From the NCBI GenBank assembly GCA_040954595.2, contig CM082596.2, positions 10,250,461 through 10,314,460 on the forward strand: a stretch of 64,000 nt of DNA, given 5' to 3'. Source of the stretch: Balanoglossus misakiensis. Its lineage: Eukaryota; Animalia; Hemichordata. Under the pieces are notes generated by a model. That model did no database searches. It saw only the letters and a program-made list of their open reading frames with translations, and had not been told where the DNA came from. The position numbers and the translations under genes are program-made. This document shows, piece by piece, positions 1 to 13,074 of the stretch. Position 1 is the stretch's first letter, and each line of letters starts with the position of its first letter.

Positions 1-1925
1 TTGAGATTTTGCAAAGTCGAAAATTTGTCATTTTTTGATGATTTTCACCCATGATTTTTTTCAAAAATCGACGAAATTTGAGATTTTGCAAAGTCGAAAA
101 TTTGTCATTTTTTGATGATTTTCACCCATGATTTTTTTCAAAAATCGACGAAATTTTGAGATTTTGCAAAGTCGAAAATTTGTCATTTTTTGATGATTTT
201 CACCCATGATTTTTTTTCAAAAATCTGCGAAATTTTGAGATTTTGCAAAGTCGAAAATTTGTCATTTTTTGATGATTTTCACCCATGATTTTTTTTCAAA
301 AAATCGACGAAATTTTGAGATTTTGCAAAGTCGAAAATTTGTCATTTTTTGATTATTTTCACCCATGATTTTTTTTTTCAAAAATCGACAAAATTTTGAG
401 ATTTTGCAAAGTCGAAAATGTGTCATTTTTTGATGATTTTCACCCATGATTTTTTTCAAAAATCGACGAAATTTGAGATTTAGCAAAGTCGAAAATTTGT
501 CATTTTTTGATGATTTTCACCCATGTTTTTTTCAAAATTGAACGAACCCATGATTTTTTTCAAAAATCGACAAAATTTTGAGATTTTGCAAAGACGAAAA
601 TTTGTCATTTTTTGATGATTTTCACCCGTGATTTTTTTCAAAAATCGACAAAATTTTGAGATTTTGCAAAGTCGAAAATTTGACATTTTTTGATGATTTT
701 CACCCGTTTTTTTTCAAAAATCAACGAACCTATGATTTTTTTTCAAAAATCGACGAAATTTAGAGATTTTGAAAAGTCGAAAATTTGTCATTTCTTAATG
801 ATTTTCACCCATGTTTTTTTTTCAAAAATCGACAAAATTTTGAGATTTTGCAAAGTCGAAAATTTGTAATTTTTTGATGATTTTCACCAATGTTTTTTTT
901 TAAAAATCAACGAACCCATGATTTTTTTCAAAAATTGACAACATTTTGAGATTTTGCAAAGTCGAAAATTTGTCATTTTTTGATGATCTTCACCCATGAT
1001 TTTTTTCAAAAATCGACGAAATTTTGAAATTTTGCAAAGTCGAAAATTTGTCATTTTTTGATGATTTTCACCCATGATTTTTTTCAAAAATCGACGAAAT
1101 TTGAGATTTTGCAAAGTCGAAAATTTGTCATTTTTTGATGATTTTCACCCATGATTTTTTTCAAAAATCGACGAAATTTTGAGATTTTGCAAAGTCGATA
1201 ATTTGTCATTTTTTGATGATTTTCACCCATGATTTTTTTTCAAAAATGTGCGAAATTTTGAGATTTTGCAAAGTCGAAAATTTGTAATTTTTTGATGATT
1301 TTCACCCATGTTTTTTTTCAAAATTGAACGAACCCATGATTTTTTTCAAAAATCGACGAAATTTTGAGATTTTGCAAAGTCGAAAATTTGTAATTTTTTG
1401 ATGATATTCACCCATGATTTTTTTCAAAAATCGACGAAATTTTGAGATTTTGCAAAGTCGAAAATTTGTCATTTTTTGATGATATTCACCCATGATTTTT
1501 TTCAAAAATCGACGAAATTTTGAGATTTTGCAAAGTCGAAAATTTGTCATTTTTTGATGATTTTCACCCATGATTTTTTTCAAAAATCGACGAAATTTGA
1601 GATTTTGCAAAGTCGAAAATTTGTCATTTTTTGATGATTTTCACCCATGATTTTTTTCAAAAATCGACGAAATTTTGAGATTTTGCAAAGTCGATAATTT
1701 GTCATTTTTTGATGATTTTCACCCATGATTTTTTTTCAAAAATCTGCGAAATTTTGAGATTTTGCAAAGTCGAAAATTTGTCATTTTTTGATGATTTTCA
1801 CCCATGATTTTTTTTCAAAAAATCGACGAAATTTTGAGATTTTGCAAAGTCGAAAATTTGTCATTTTTTGATTATTTTCACCCATGATTTTTTTTTTCAA
1901 AAATAGACAAAATTATGAGATTTTG
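1..1925. repeat. Tandem satellite, ~77-79 bp monomer (~24 copies, a few longer variants); runs off the window start
   Basis: Repeating unit GAGATTTTGCAAAGTCGAAAATTTGTCATTTTTTGATGATTTTCACCCATGATTTTTTTCAAAAATCGACGAAATTTT, with starts at 3, 80, 158, 237. The ORFs here are translations of the repeat. Confidence 0.97.
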
Positions 1926-1993
1926 ACCAGTTCAACTCCATATACGCACTCGCTATCGCTCGTGCGTATATGTCGTGAACTGGTCAAAATCTC
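1917..1993. other. Terminal hairpin abutting the satellite, probably the end of a non-autonomous element
   Basis: Arms GAGATTTTTGACCAGTTCA...TGAACTGGTCAAAATCTC flank the inner ATATACGCACTCGCTATCGCTCGTGCGTATAT. Confidence 0.75.
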
Positions 1994-2089
1994 GTGGTAT
2001 ACCATGGCTGGGGGTGTTTTATTGCTTAAATATTAAATCAAGTCAATCAATGTGCACAAACATTACACACACACTCATTAATACATAGA

Positions 2090-2119
2090 GACAGACACAG
2101 ACAGACACATACACACTCA

Positions 2120-2177
<58 letters not shown>
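2090..2177. repeat. (CA)n microsatellite
   Basis: Direct read of a long CA run. Confidence 0.95.
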
Positions 2178-2180
<3 letters not shown>

Positions 2181-2523
2181 CCTATTTTGCTTTAATTTTT
2201 TTGTTTGAAACTTTCATATCAACTGAAGAGTTGTTGACGTTTGACCTTGGATGTACTGAGGTCACCATACACACTCACATTTGTCTGTGTCATAATCACA
2301 GACTGAAGCAAAGTAAAATAAATCACAGCAGCTGTACTGATGTTAACATTGCATTGTTTAATATTCAAGATCAAGTTAAAGTGCATTTATTTATTGGAAG
2401 AATCCAGTTATGGCAACTTGATCCTAGGCGATGTAACTATCCGCCCCACACACAAGTTGAATCATGTATGATATATGTTTCAAACAGCGCGGCATAAGGC
2501 CAGAGTTAGCCTCAAGTTGTGAT

Positions 2524-2527
<4 letters not shown>

Positions 2528-2556
<29 letters not shown>
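2528..2556. repeat. (TA)n microsatellite
   Basis: Direct read. Confidence 0.95.
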
Positions 2557-2558
<2 letters not shown>

Positions 2559-2992
2559 ATGGCATATGTTACATCATGAATCAAAAATCAAGCAAGTTAA
2601 GTTGAGTACGAGATACTGACAAGAACGTCTCAGTCAACCTATTGCATGCAGCACATTGTCAACGTCGCGTCGATCGTGTTTGGCATGATCATGATGACGC
2701 TTGACGTGCAAGGCGACTCAATAGATTGCCACATCACAAACCAGTACAAATTGTGCATCGTGTGGTCATGTTACGTGTACGACAAATCTACCGGTTATGA
2801 GAAGGAGGTAAAATCCCAACTTACCAACACTCAGTCAGTCAGATAAGATACGATGCAGCATGTAAGGCAGAATCCGACGAAAAGTCCTGGTACTAGGTCA
2901 AGCTAGTAAAAGAAGGCCATATTCTCTGTACCGATACACCGCCCTCTCTGGACAGTCTCCGTACCAATACACCCGCCCTCTTTAGACAAATT

Positions 2993-3434
2993 TATCTCGA
3001 GATCTCGAGATAAAAAAATAAAAAGTCGGGAAAACGAATTGGAATTATCTCGAGATCTCGAGATAAAAAAATAAAAAGTCGGGAAAACGAACTTGAATTA
3101 TCTCGAGATCTCGAGATAAAAAAATAAAAAGTCGGGAAAACGAATTGGAATTATCTCGAGATCTCGAGATAAAAAAATAAAAAGTCGGGAAACCGAACTT
3201 GAATTATCTCGAGATCTCGAGATAAAAAAAATAAAAAGTCGGGAAAACGAATTGGAATTATCTCGAGATCTCGAGATAAAAAAATAAAAAGTCAGGAAAA
3301 CGAATAGCATTATCTCGAGATCTCGAGATAAAAAAATAAAAAGTCAGGAAAACGAATGGAATTATCTCGAGATCTCGAGATAAAAAAATAAAAAGTCAGG
3401 AAAACGAATGGAATTATCTCGAGATCTCGAGATA
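2993..3434. repeat. Tandem minisatellite, 53 bp monomer (~8.5 copies), each with a 20-bp palindrome
   Basis: Unit TATCTCGAGATCTCGAGATAAAAAAATAAAAAGTCGGGAAAACGAATTGGAAT, with starts at 2993, 3046 and onward. Confidence 0.95.
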
Positions 3435-3789
3435 ATTTTTTATTTATTGCGTATATACATGTCCCCAACTGGCTTTCATATAAAACCACTGCATCAGGTG
3501 AATCTCAATTTTTAAGAGCGATACTTCAAACATGCAGCACTGTTTACAAATCGGGGTCAAAGGTTATACAAGAATAACCATGTACAGTTGGTATTTTTCG
3601 GATGTACGTCTGGCCATGGCCTTGGTCTATAAATTGCTCTTGACAACATATATTTTTAAAGATTTTGGTTTACTGAATTACATCTATAGCTTATAATGAT
3701 GGCTGTTTACCTAATAATTATTTTAACAACGCCAACTTAGCTGGCGCTGGATCGAGGGTACAGGACTATCCTAGGTCAAGGGTCAATCG

Positions 3790-4380
3790 TGAATGTTTTG
3801 GTCGCGAATCAGCTGATCTTTTACAACAGCGTGTTACGCCCCTTTTTTAAATTTCTCATGAGTGGAGACGTCAGTGAAAGAACATATTTCGGATAATGGA
3901 GCATTCTTGGCAGTGTTTTCAAAGGGTTTCGCAACCTTTCTACATGGGACGCGGCGGCGCTTGGCAGAACTTTGCGAGGTGGTCGTCATCACAGGTCGCA
4001 CCGTAGTTGAGAGAGAGAGCCATGACACCGACAGAGCCGGGTGAGTGATTGAGATCCTGGATCAGTTGCCGTCACTCAGATCACTAGACATTCTCTCTCA
4101 TTAGGGTGTAGCTACGGTGTTGCCACGGGACCTACGACGTTTTATCGTGACGTCGGTGTTGCCCCGACCGGCCAGGGAAGTATATCAGATATGATGAGTC
4201 CGGTGATGACTTGGCTTTACGGCAGTCGCTGTGCCTGTAGATAAAGGAAAGGAACAGTACAACGCGCCGCCAGTGTGATTAGCATCGCTTGGAGCAAGAC
4301 TAGATGACAGACATCACCAGGGTCGTTGGCAAGACCTTGGCGGGCAGAGATGTGTGACACAGGTCCTCCTACAGGTAAGC
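3790..4380 (+). promoter_or_regulatory. CpG-enriched region with candidate 5' exons; possible promoter or 5' end of the downstream gene
   Basis: Locally GC/CpG-rich, with splice-donor-like GTGAGT at 4041 and GTAAGC at 4375. No coding homology recognised. Confidence 0.3.
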
Positions 4381-5449
4381 CAGTCTTAATTCTTTTACAT
4401 GCTTTTCAGAGTCAGCTTTTTGAGATGGTGAGATGTCTGTCTGGTGGTTTCTCTGTGTGACCTTTAGCTCTGCATACAGCCGGGAACACACAGACCTGTA
4501 CGCAGAGCTATGTGACCTTCTGAGTCATATAATAATGTCACATTTAGTACTACATTATCTCTATGGAAACACAGCTAGGGGGAGGGTGGAGGGGGGGGGG
4601 TTCTATGCTGGTTTCCCCCATCATAGACCCACCCGTGACCCCCACCACAAAAATCTGTAGTGAAACAACAGCCAAACCAGTGCACTATATCACAGTCCCT
4701 CTATTACATACTGTGACTGTATAAGCTATAAATAAGACATTCACTTTTTGAAATAAACATTTCTCTGTTAATTATCTCTGAAAGCTTGATATAGGAGAAC
4801 ATTTCGGTTACTTCAATGTCGCCATTGTTTTCACTACTATCACGTAACAAGCAATTTAAATTACCTTCGCAAAAACAGTATGCTCTATGTTTTTTGTTAA
4901 CGCTTTGAGATGTCTGGCTCAAATCTTCGTGAATGCAAGCTGTCATAACTTTTGTACAAAGTAGTGTCTCATTTTTTTTTAAAGCAACTAGCTTGATTTT
5001 TAAAATGAAAAAAAACTTCTGATATACTAGGAATAGTAGGATTTATTCACTGCTCCAGAAGTTTTCTGAATTACAATGCACTTAACGGGACATTAGCTGT
5101 AACTTTTGGCTTTAATTGATGTACATATATTTTTGTTCTGAGTATCAATGGGAATTTCTTGTTCTACTCCAAACAGCATGCTAATATACCCATTTATACT
5201 TCACTTGTCAACATAGCCCGTGAATGTGTAATGTTATCATTCACATTTTTTTACTACTGTTACGTAAATATGCAACATGTCTAAAAAATATGTTTTTATA
5301 GAATATATTTATTTATTTAGAGTAAAATGTTTTTGGTGACATTTAAATATTTAGTGGATGGTATTTTATACATCAATTGTGGGTTTCAACATATTGTTGG
5401 GAGTAGCACAAGAATCTTAAGTGGCCACATAGAATTAATTTTCAACCTT

Positions 5450-5628
5450 CAGTAAAACCTGTCAAAACCAAACCCTGTCTAATCTGGAAACCTGTCTATA
5501 CTGAACACCTTTTCAGTACCTTCGACATAGAATCACATGTTAAAAGAACCTTTACAAACTGGAAATGTCTGTAAACTGAACAATTTCTTCAGTGCCTTCA
5601 GTGTTCGGTTCAGACAGGTTTTACTGTA
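5450..5628. mobile_element. pogo/Tigger-like MITE (CAGTAAAACC...GGTTTTACTG)
   Basis: Terminal inverted repeats CAGTAAAACCTGTC/GACAGGTTTTACTG. Related copies lie at ~35041-35228 and 40087-40260. Confidence 0.65.
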
Positions 5629-5634
5629 TTTAAT

Positions 5635-6092
5635 TTCTCACACTGCTGGCCGCTGGGAGTGTGGGATAGGATATCCCCGACGAGTGTGAGAAATACGATC
5701 TCAGGTCCTTGGGAGTGTGAGATTCTATTATTCTCACACTCTCACTGAATCGAAAGCTGTATATGACGCGAGCGCTGATTGGTTGACAAAGAGTTCTTTC
5801 TCTTCGCGCACTAAATGTTATCCAATGGCGTGATGTGTATTACAGGCACAGAACTATAACGTGCCCCCAGACGACAGTTCCAGAGTCATTTATTCAATGT
5901 TTTAACGAATTTGGCTAATTTGTGACCGTGTGAGAAAAATAATCTCACACACCAAGGACCTGCGATCGTATTTCTCACACTCGTCAGGGATATTTTGTCC
6001 CACACTCGCCTGCGGCTCGTGTGTGACAGAAAATCCCCAACTCGTGTGAGAAATACGATCCCAGGTCCTTGGGAGTGTGAGATTCTATTAAT
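5635..6092 (-). mobile_element. Dispersed non-autonomous repeat, family A (CTCACACTCCCAAGGACC motif plus G.A hairpin)
   Basis: Inverted match to 33536-33920 and similar to 30405-31050. Central CACACTCGCCTGCGGCTCGTGTG. Confidence 0.75.
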
Positions 6093-7206
6093 CCCAAATG
6101 TCATAGCAGCTGCCCCTTTAAAACAATTTCTTTAAAAAATGTGTTTCTAATAGATTTGGTCAGGTGGAAAAGTATGTCACATACTGTTTTCACTGAACAC
6201 TGATGTGGTTGCAATTTTATTGACACAAATTGAATCACACTATGCATCACATTAGACTTAGGGGTAAACCATTTTATATTTAGGAGAGTGCAGTTTAGTT
6301 TCTACTCTGCCTATTCTCTGATGTTTTTTCTTTACTATTTGGCAGAGGCAAAATGCAGACTTGTTATGGAAGTGTTCCTAAGTAACTATGCATAAATTAT
6401 TTCTATTAATCTAAGCACATTATGTAAAATATAAATCAACCAGGTAGACTCATGTCTCCCCCTACAGTAATGGTGACAATTCTTTTTATAGTACCCAACT
6501 TACTCAAGTAAACACACTTAATGTTAGCAAACAGTCCTATAGATATAGCCTGGTCCCCTGTCCCATTCCTGCTGCTGGTAGTGACAGCAGGGTTAGAAAG
6601 TGGGCAGAGAACAAGAGTATCTTACAGGCCTCTTTCATGACCCCTGTGTGACCTTACATCCTGGTGATTTGTTGGTTTGACATCATTCATCATTCAATGT
6701 TGAACAGCTAACCTTTTCTAACAGGCAATGTTCACCAGTTTTGTTCAAGGATGAGAAAAAATGCATTGATTCAATAGCATGGTCGGTAAACTCGAAATTG
6801 TATACTCACACCGACAAAAAGCCAGGATGTAGAGGTCAAAAGGGGTCATAAAAGTGGCATGATATAGCACAGTTGCCAGTGGTGTAATGTTTATATGAAC
6901 TGTGCAACTTCATTCATATTTCTTAGTGGCAGTAATGTTATTATAAATATAAACTGACATCTGAAATCACTTTGCGATGTTGAAATTCAGTGGGAAGAAA
7001 CAAACGCCAAAAGTTACCACATTTTATACTGACACTTATTTGTTTTGTACAGTTTACCCTATGGATCCAGCTATCATAGGAATAGGTGCAATAATTGTAG
7101 CTTTGGTGGGCTGGTTGATCGCTTATGGGCTTGATCAATCATCCCATCTAGGCTACAATTATTGCAGATATCATAGGAAGGGCACATTGGGAACCCCCCC
7201 CCCCCC

Positions 7207-7241
<35 letters not shown>

Positions 7242-7297
7242 TTGGGTGACAACACAATATATATATGATGCAGTCTACAAGTTGCACCGAAATATCT

Positions 7298-8195
7298 TTA
7301 GGTCCCATTTGTATATACTGGTGGTACCTCATGAGATCGGTTGCGTCTGTATGGATGTATGTCCGTTCACATCAAAAACTTGAAAACCGCTGAGCATATA
7401 ACCTCGATATTTGGTGTGCAGATGCAGGCAGGGCTGTAGATGGGAGTTTGTTCAAATGAAATTGTTGGGAAAAACGTAAATTTGGCCAAAACTCAGAAAC
7501 TCAACAACCACTGGTCATATTGATTTGAAAATTGGTATGCATGTACCTTATATTTACCTCACACAGTTGTGTATGTTTTGAACTAATAGTTTGTATTTTC
7601 TATAATTTATGTATTTTTTTGTTTTTCCACATTTTTGGTAAAAAATCTACTTTTCTGGAATTGATGACCTGACTTCTTTGAAATTTAGTATGGGGCTTCA
7701 TATAGGTGATGTGAGTTATCAAAGTTTTGTTTAAATTTGCTGCAAAATTTGCAAATTTATAATTTTGGTGCAAATTTTGCCTTTTTGATCATTTTTTTTC
7801 TGTAAAACCGTTTGTCAGATTGCTTTGAAATTTGGTAGGCATAGAGATGTGTGTTTGTCAAATCAATTTGTAGAATTCAATAGTATATTTTTGGGGTGAT
7901 TTTTGCCATTTTTGGTCAAAACTCTTTCTCAGAACCCTCTACCCCATTGCTTTGAAATTTGATTTGAAGGTTCCATGGTGAGTTGTCATGATGATTTACA
8001 AAACCTATGATGAAAGTGTCAATGTTTTGTGGGGGCAATGTCTTGTATTTTGGGGGTATATTTACCAATTTTGATAAAAAATTATATTTCTCAGAAAGTG
8101 TACACTGTATGGCTGATTTCTATAAATTTTAGTTGTAAGTTAATGGGATTGGCTTCTTTAGAATTATTATGAAATCATATCATAGGTAATTTGGA
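7298..8195 (+). mobile_element. Helentron-associated (HINE/DINE-like) non-autonomous element
   Basis: 5' TTAGGTCCCAT with a nearby imperfect inverted copy, a GTATGGATGTATGTCCGT microsatellite and degenerate internal repeats. Homologous to 47955-48800 and to the inverted 10170-10443. Family assignment is inferred from structure. Confidence 0.6.
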
Positions 8196-9331
8196 ATTTC
8201 TACTGGGCTTGCGTTTGATATTTTATTTTTTACGCGCAGTGCACGCAAAGAGCCAATTTTTTTTCTCGTGAAATTGTATTTGAATTACGTGCAACAAAAT
8301 AGCGATAGACAAGCAGGCTTTCAGATAAACATACTTGAATGAGTTCTCCCTTCATGTCTAGATGGCCCAACACAAAAAATATCATTTAGAATGTAGCGAA
8401 TAAAGTACATAAACATCATGAAAGAGACTGTGTACAGTGGTCCCCCCCCCCCGATACGTATTAAGTACAGACAAGGTATGGAATTCTTGTGTTATATCAT
8501 CAAGGAAAATGACCCAGAAGCCCTACTTGCTTTGTTATATCTAATGGCTTCTGTGTGCATAAATTATAGCCTGACACGTGTCAAGTTTGTGGCCTAGGTT
8601 ACCGCACGTACATCATTGTGCGTCCTGCTACAGCATACAAGCGCGCGTACGCGTACATGTGTACAGGGCGCCTGACCGGCCAACCTTGACAAGGCGCCCC
8701 AGATAGCCTCGCCCGCTGTTATCTTTCAATGGATTTTTTTTGTGCGCATGTCACGCAACTGTGACAAAATATTTGCGCGCACACATTGTAGTTTTGTGTT
8801 ATTTAGTGTTATTTTAAATGGGTGTCACACCGATTTAATCAGCCTCCATTCAAAGAGTACACAACAGTCGTGTTATGCATTAATTAGCAAAAGATGATAA
8901 ACTGATGCGGATACAATCAATATAGCTTAATGGTGATGATTCTAAAGCAGAAGGCTAATTGTCATTAGTATCATACATGCAGAGCCTGAATTTGCCACTT
9001 TCTATTGTTCTCACCAAATTTAGTGTAATAACCCCTAAGTACCACCCTCTAATTTTAAAGAACACTAATTATGGAAGCCCATTAACCCTTTCACAACCAA
9101 GGTTCAGTCAAAACCCATTGTTTTCTATGAAAAGGTTTGACCTGCATAGAAGGAACTTGGGGTGAAAGGGTTAAAGGGACAAAGTCGCTCTTTTTGACTT
9201 TTGACTCACTTGCTTTTATTAGAGGTTCCTACCTTTAAATGTTTCATAAAATGTTTAATCAAATCTGTCTACAATCAGAGTAGACATTGTTTACATATAC
9301 CTTTTGTTAAATGATTGTTGTTGTATTTCAG

Positions 9332-9430
9332 ATTGTTGTCAGGAGCAGGTGAGAAATATGGTATGATTTCTGAAGGTCTGAGTACTGCATTGCAGTTATT
9401 TGACGATATGAAGAGGTTACGATATTCAAG
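9332..9430 (+). pseudogene. MED25: MED25-like VWA exon
   Basis: LLSGAGEKYGMISEGLSTALQLFDDMKRLRYS, flanked by ttcag and gtaatt. Confidence 0.88.
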
Positions 9431-10169
9431 GTAATTATGGTAAAATTCTGAGTTTCAAGATCATTCTCTACATATGGCCCTGACTTTTTTTGGTGGTTTA
9501 TCTGTTTTTGTAAAGTTCACCATGTCAACCAGGAAATGATTCCATACAGACAGTGGAGTACAACTGAGATGTGAAGTACATTGAAACCTGCCTAGGAAGG
9601 ACACCTCTGGGACCACAAAATGTGTCCTTAATAGAGAGGTGTCCTTAAAGGGACAAATTCTCTCCCTCGCTGCCCCTTTTCCATGAATTAGGTTTGTTAC
9701 AGGGCACCATTTCTGTTATTCTCCATGTGGATATATAGTGAATCAATGTTTCACCACACACAACTTCAACCCTGCTTGTAGCCACCAGAGTGATAAAAAA
9801 CACACGCCAATAATCGGTCTCTATCATTTATTCATTTTATGCGAGTTTTTATGCTCATATCATTCAAGTGGGATGGAAATTGTGTATGGTTGAACGTTCA
9901 TTAACTACATATACACATGTACATTAATATAAAATGTCTCTTGTATCAAACATAATGGAAAAAATCGCGTCAAGGACACAGTGGTCCCATTGAGGGAATA
10001 CACAAGAAAAAGTCTACACCGGAGTAAATGGCGATATACTGACAGACACACACACTAAATAGAACAGCTGGCCTCTTTAAAACTTAGCCAGTTATGTAAT
10101 CATTCAGGAATTTCCTGTGTATATAAACAACTCAATAAAGTAAATACACACCACTTCGCAAAGCAATCT

Positions 10170-10443
10170 GACCAGTAGTTCTTGAGTTACTGAGTTTTGA
10201 CTAAGTTCACATTTTTCCAGCTAATTTGCATATTTTTGGCAACGAAAACTTCATTTGAACAAACTCCCATCTACAGCCCAGCCTGCATGTGCACACCAAA
10301 TATCAAGGTGATACACACAGTGGTTTTCAAGTTTTTGATGTGGACGGACATACATCCATACATCCATCCATACATACATACATACAGATGCAACCAATCC
10401 CATAAGGTCCCATGGTATATAGGCCTATACCAATGGGACCTAA
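10170..10443 (-). mobile_element. Truncated HINE-like element 5' end
   Basis: AGGTCCCAT...ATGGGACCT hairpin plus a (CATA/CATC)n microsatellite. Reverse complement of 7298-7520. Confidence 0.6.
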
Positions 10444-10706
10444 AAAGGGCAGCGAGAGAGAGACTTTGTCCCTTTAACAGAAATGTGCATGTAATATTCT
10501 ATTCAAACCATTACTCTTGTCTTGAACAATCTTTCCTTAATAGAAAGGTGTCCTGATTAGAGAGATGTCTGTATTAATTGACAGGTTTCACTGTATTATC
10601 AACATTTTCAGTTTCATAATCCTTCTGGATGTCTTTGTCAGAAAATTTTGACAGCAGCCAAAACTTTCTCTGCCATACTCACAATAAGAGAAAGCTTGCA
10701 CCTGTG

Positions 10707-10911
10707 TGTAAAACGGGTTATTTTCGCAAGCAATTAATTTTTGCGAAATAGGCGAGAGCCAACAAAATGTGAAAAGAAAAAGTTGCGTAAAATGTTTTTC
10801 GGAGATAAAGATGCAATGAAATACAAGAACATGAAAATTAATCCTCGCATAACAGTTGACTCTTTTAATATCGCGAACATTTCCTGTCACGAAAATAATC
10901 CGTTTTACAGT
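10707..10911. mobile_element. ~200-bp Tc1/mariner-type MITE (TGTAAAAC...GTTTTACAGTA)
   Basis: Terminal inverted repeats. Related copies lie at 26883-27077 and 45343-45550. Confidence 0.6.
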
Positions 10912-11512
10912 AATATTGAAGGTCAGAATGCTTTTGATGAGAGAACAATACACCAGTTGCAAAGTATCTTGACTAACATAAAAATGATGGTATTTTCTGA
11001 AGAAGATATATTCTCGCAGTTGGTGTTTTGTTTCCTCATCAAAAGCATTCTGACCTTCAATATTATTCTGTTGAGCTATACATGCAATCTAGTCTGATCA
11101 GAGATGATTATATCATCGACAATAGATCCTGGATACTAAAAGAGCATAAAATGACTGCGACAGATACCTTGTTAGTTGTAACAGGTGTGAAATAAGAATT
11201 TGGATAACACTGACAGTATTTTGGCTATTGTTGGGGGGTGGGGTGGAGCAATAAGTGATTTTGAAACCCCATGTAACACCTGTCTTACCATTAATATGAC
11301 TGCATTTATGGTACCATAAGGAATGTTAACAAAATGACTGGGGAACCCTGGTTACATTACCCTGATCACCACAATGGTTCAGTCCAACTGCATTGTTTTC
11401 TATGTTAAGGTTGGAGCACTGAAGAGGAAATTGGGGTGGAAGGGTTAAAAAAAACACTGACTGACAATACTGCCAATAACAAAATATTGTTTTATCTTCT
11501 CTTTGTATACAG

Positions 11513-11632
11513 CGCACCAATATAGAAACATTGTATATTGATCTGAACTCTCCTCCATATCCTTTGCCAAGTCAAGGTAGTATTAATTACAGTGGATTTA
11601 CTGTAGAACAATTGGCTGCCATGTTGGGTGAG
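11513..11632 (+). pseudogene. MED25: MED25-like VWA exon with premature stop and frameshift
   Basis: ATA TAG AAA CAT TGT ATA TTG ATC TG- AAC TCT CCT CCA TAT. At 120 bp it breaks the phase 2 to phase 0 junction required by the flanking exons. Confidence 0.85.
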
Positions 11633-11924
11633 GTAAGTAAGCGATGTAAAACATTTCATACAACACTGCATATTAACAATAGTCATATCAACCTGACAAG
11701 GGAAGATGAAAAAAGCCTAAGCCCCTTTGAACAGCTGTATTTTCTTGGAATGTGGTTTTATAATACACTTTGATTGATTCCCTTACGAAAAAGTTCTATA
11801 GAACTTCTATTGCTTTTCAATAAAAATTTCTATTAAGAATCAATGGATATTCCATGGAAACTCAATGGAATTTCTATGGAAATTCTATTGACTTCTATGG
11901 ACTTTTGGCCACTTTTCAATTAAA

Positions 11925-12750
11925 CTTCTATAGAAGAGATATAGATTTCAATTGATTTTCTATAGAAGAGATATAGATTTCAATTGATATTCTATTGATT
12001 TTCTATAGAAGAGTTATCGATGTGTATTGATTTTCTATAGAAGAGATATAGATTTCAATTGATTTTCTATTGAACTTCTATAGAAGAGTTATAGATGTGT
12101 ATTGATTTTCTATAGAAGAGATATAGATTTCAATTGATATTCTATTGATTTTCTATAGAAGAGTTATCGATGTGTATTGATTTTCTATAGAAGAGATATA
12201 GATTTCAATTGATTTTCTATTGAACTTCTATAAAAGAGTTATAGATGTGTATTGATTTTCTATAGAAGAGATATAGATTTCAATTGATATTCTATTGATT
12301 TTCTATAGAAGAGTTATCGATGTGTATTGATTTTCTATAGAAGAGATCTAGATTTCAATTGATTTTCTATTGAACTTCTATAAAAGCGTTATAGATGTGT
12401 ATTGATTTTCTATAGAAGAGATATATATTTCAATTGATATTCTATTGATTTTCTATAGAAGAGTTATCGATGTGTATTGATTTTCTATAGAAGAGATATA
12501 GATTTCAATTGATATTCTATTGATTTTCTATAGAAAAGTTATCGATGTGTATTGATTTTCTATCGAAGAGATCTAGATTTCCATTGATATGCTATTGATT
12601 TTCTATAGAAGAGATATAGATTTCAATTGATTTTCTATTTAACTTCTATAAAAGAGTTATAGATGTGTATTGATTTTCTATAGAAGAGATATAGATTTCA
12701 ATTGATTTTCTATTGAACTTCTATAGAAGAGTTATAGATGTGTATTGATC
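11925..12750. repeat. Left subterminal tandem array of the EnSpm element (short subunits, 150-bp higher-order period)
   Basis: Reiterated TTTTCTATAGAAGAG and TTTCAATTGATTTTCTATTGA. TGAACTTCTA recurs at 12071, 12221 and 12371. Confidence 0.92.
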
Positions 12751-13074
12751 CTGTATTATCTGGTTACCAAAGACAGAGGGGTGGGATTGGGGCAAAAAGA
12801 TTGATATTTATAAAAAAAAATACTTCACTGAATACTCAGCATATTCTTTCAGTCTGTTGTTTAATATTAACACATAAATGTGCTAAATACAGTGTTGCCT
12901 CAGTCAAATTAGTTTTCTGCTGGCTTTCAGTGAAATATTTGAGAAAAAACCAACATACTCATCAAATTAAAACTTAACATTTTATTGCAATAAATCAATA
13001 AAAAAGGTGACATGAAAAATAGAGTTTAAATAAATAAAGATAAGCAAAACACATAAATGAAACAGTTAACCACA

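Noticed and set aside
1-1925. CRISPR-like regular repeats and repeated MGENHQKMTNFRLCK ORFs
   Set aside because: Head-to-tail monomers with no unique spacers and no cas genes, in a eukaryotic context; the ORFs are satellite translations.
2646-2846. 66-aa ORF with a hydrophobic stretch
   Set aside because: No recognisable family and no supporting exon chain.
8666-8700. GGGCGCCT...AGGCGCCC short hairpin
   Set aside because: An 8-bp stem only; I could not define element boundaries or find a second copy.
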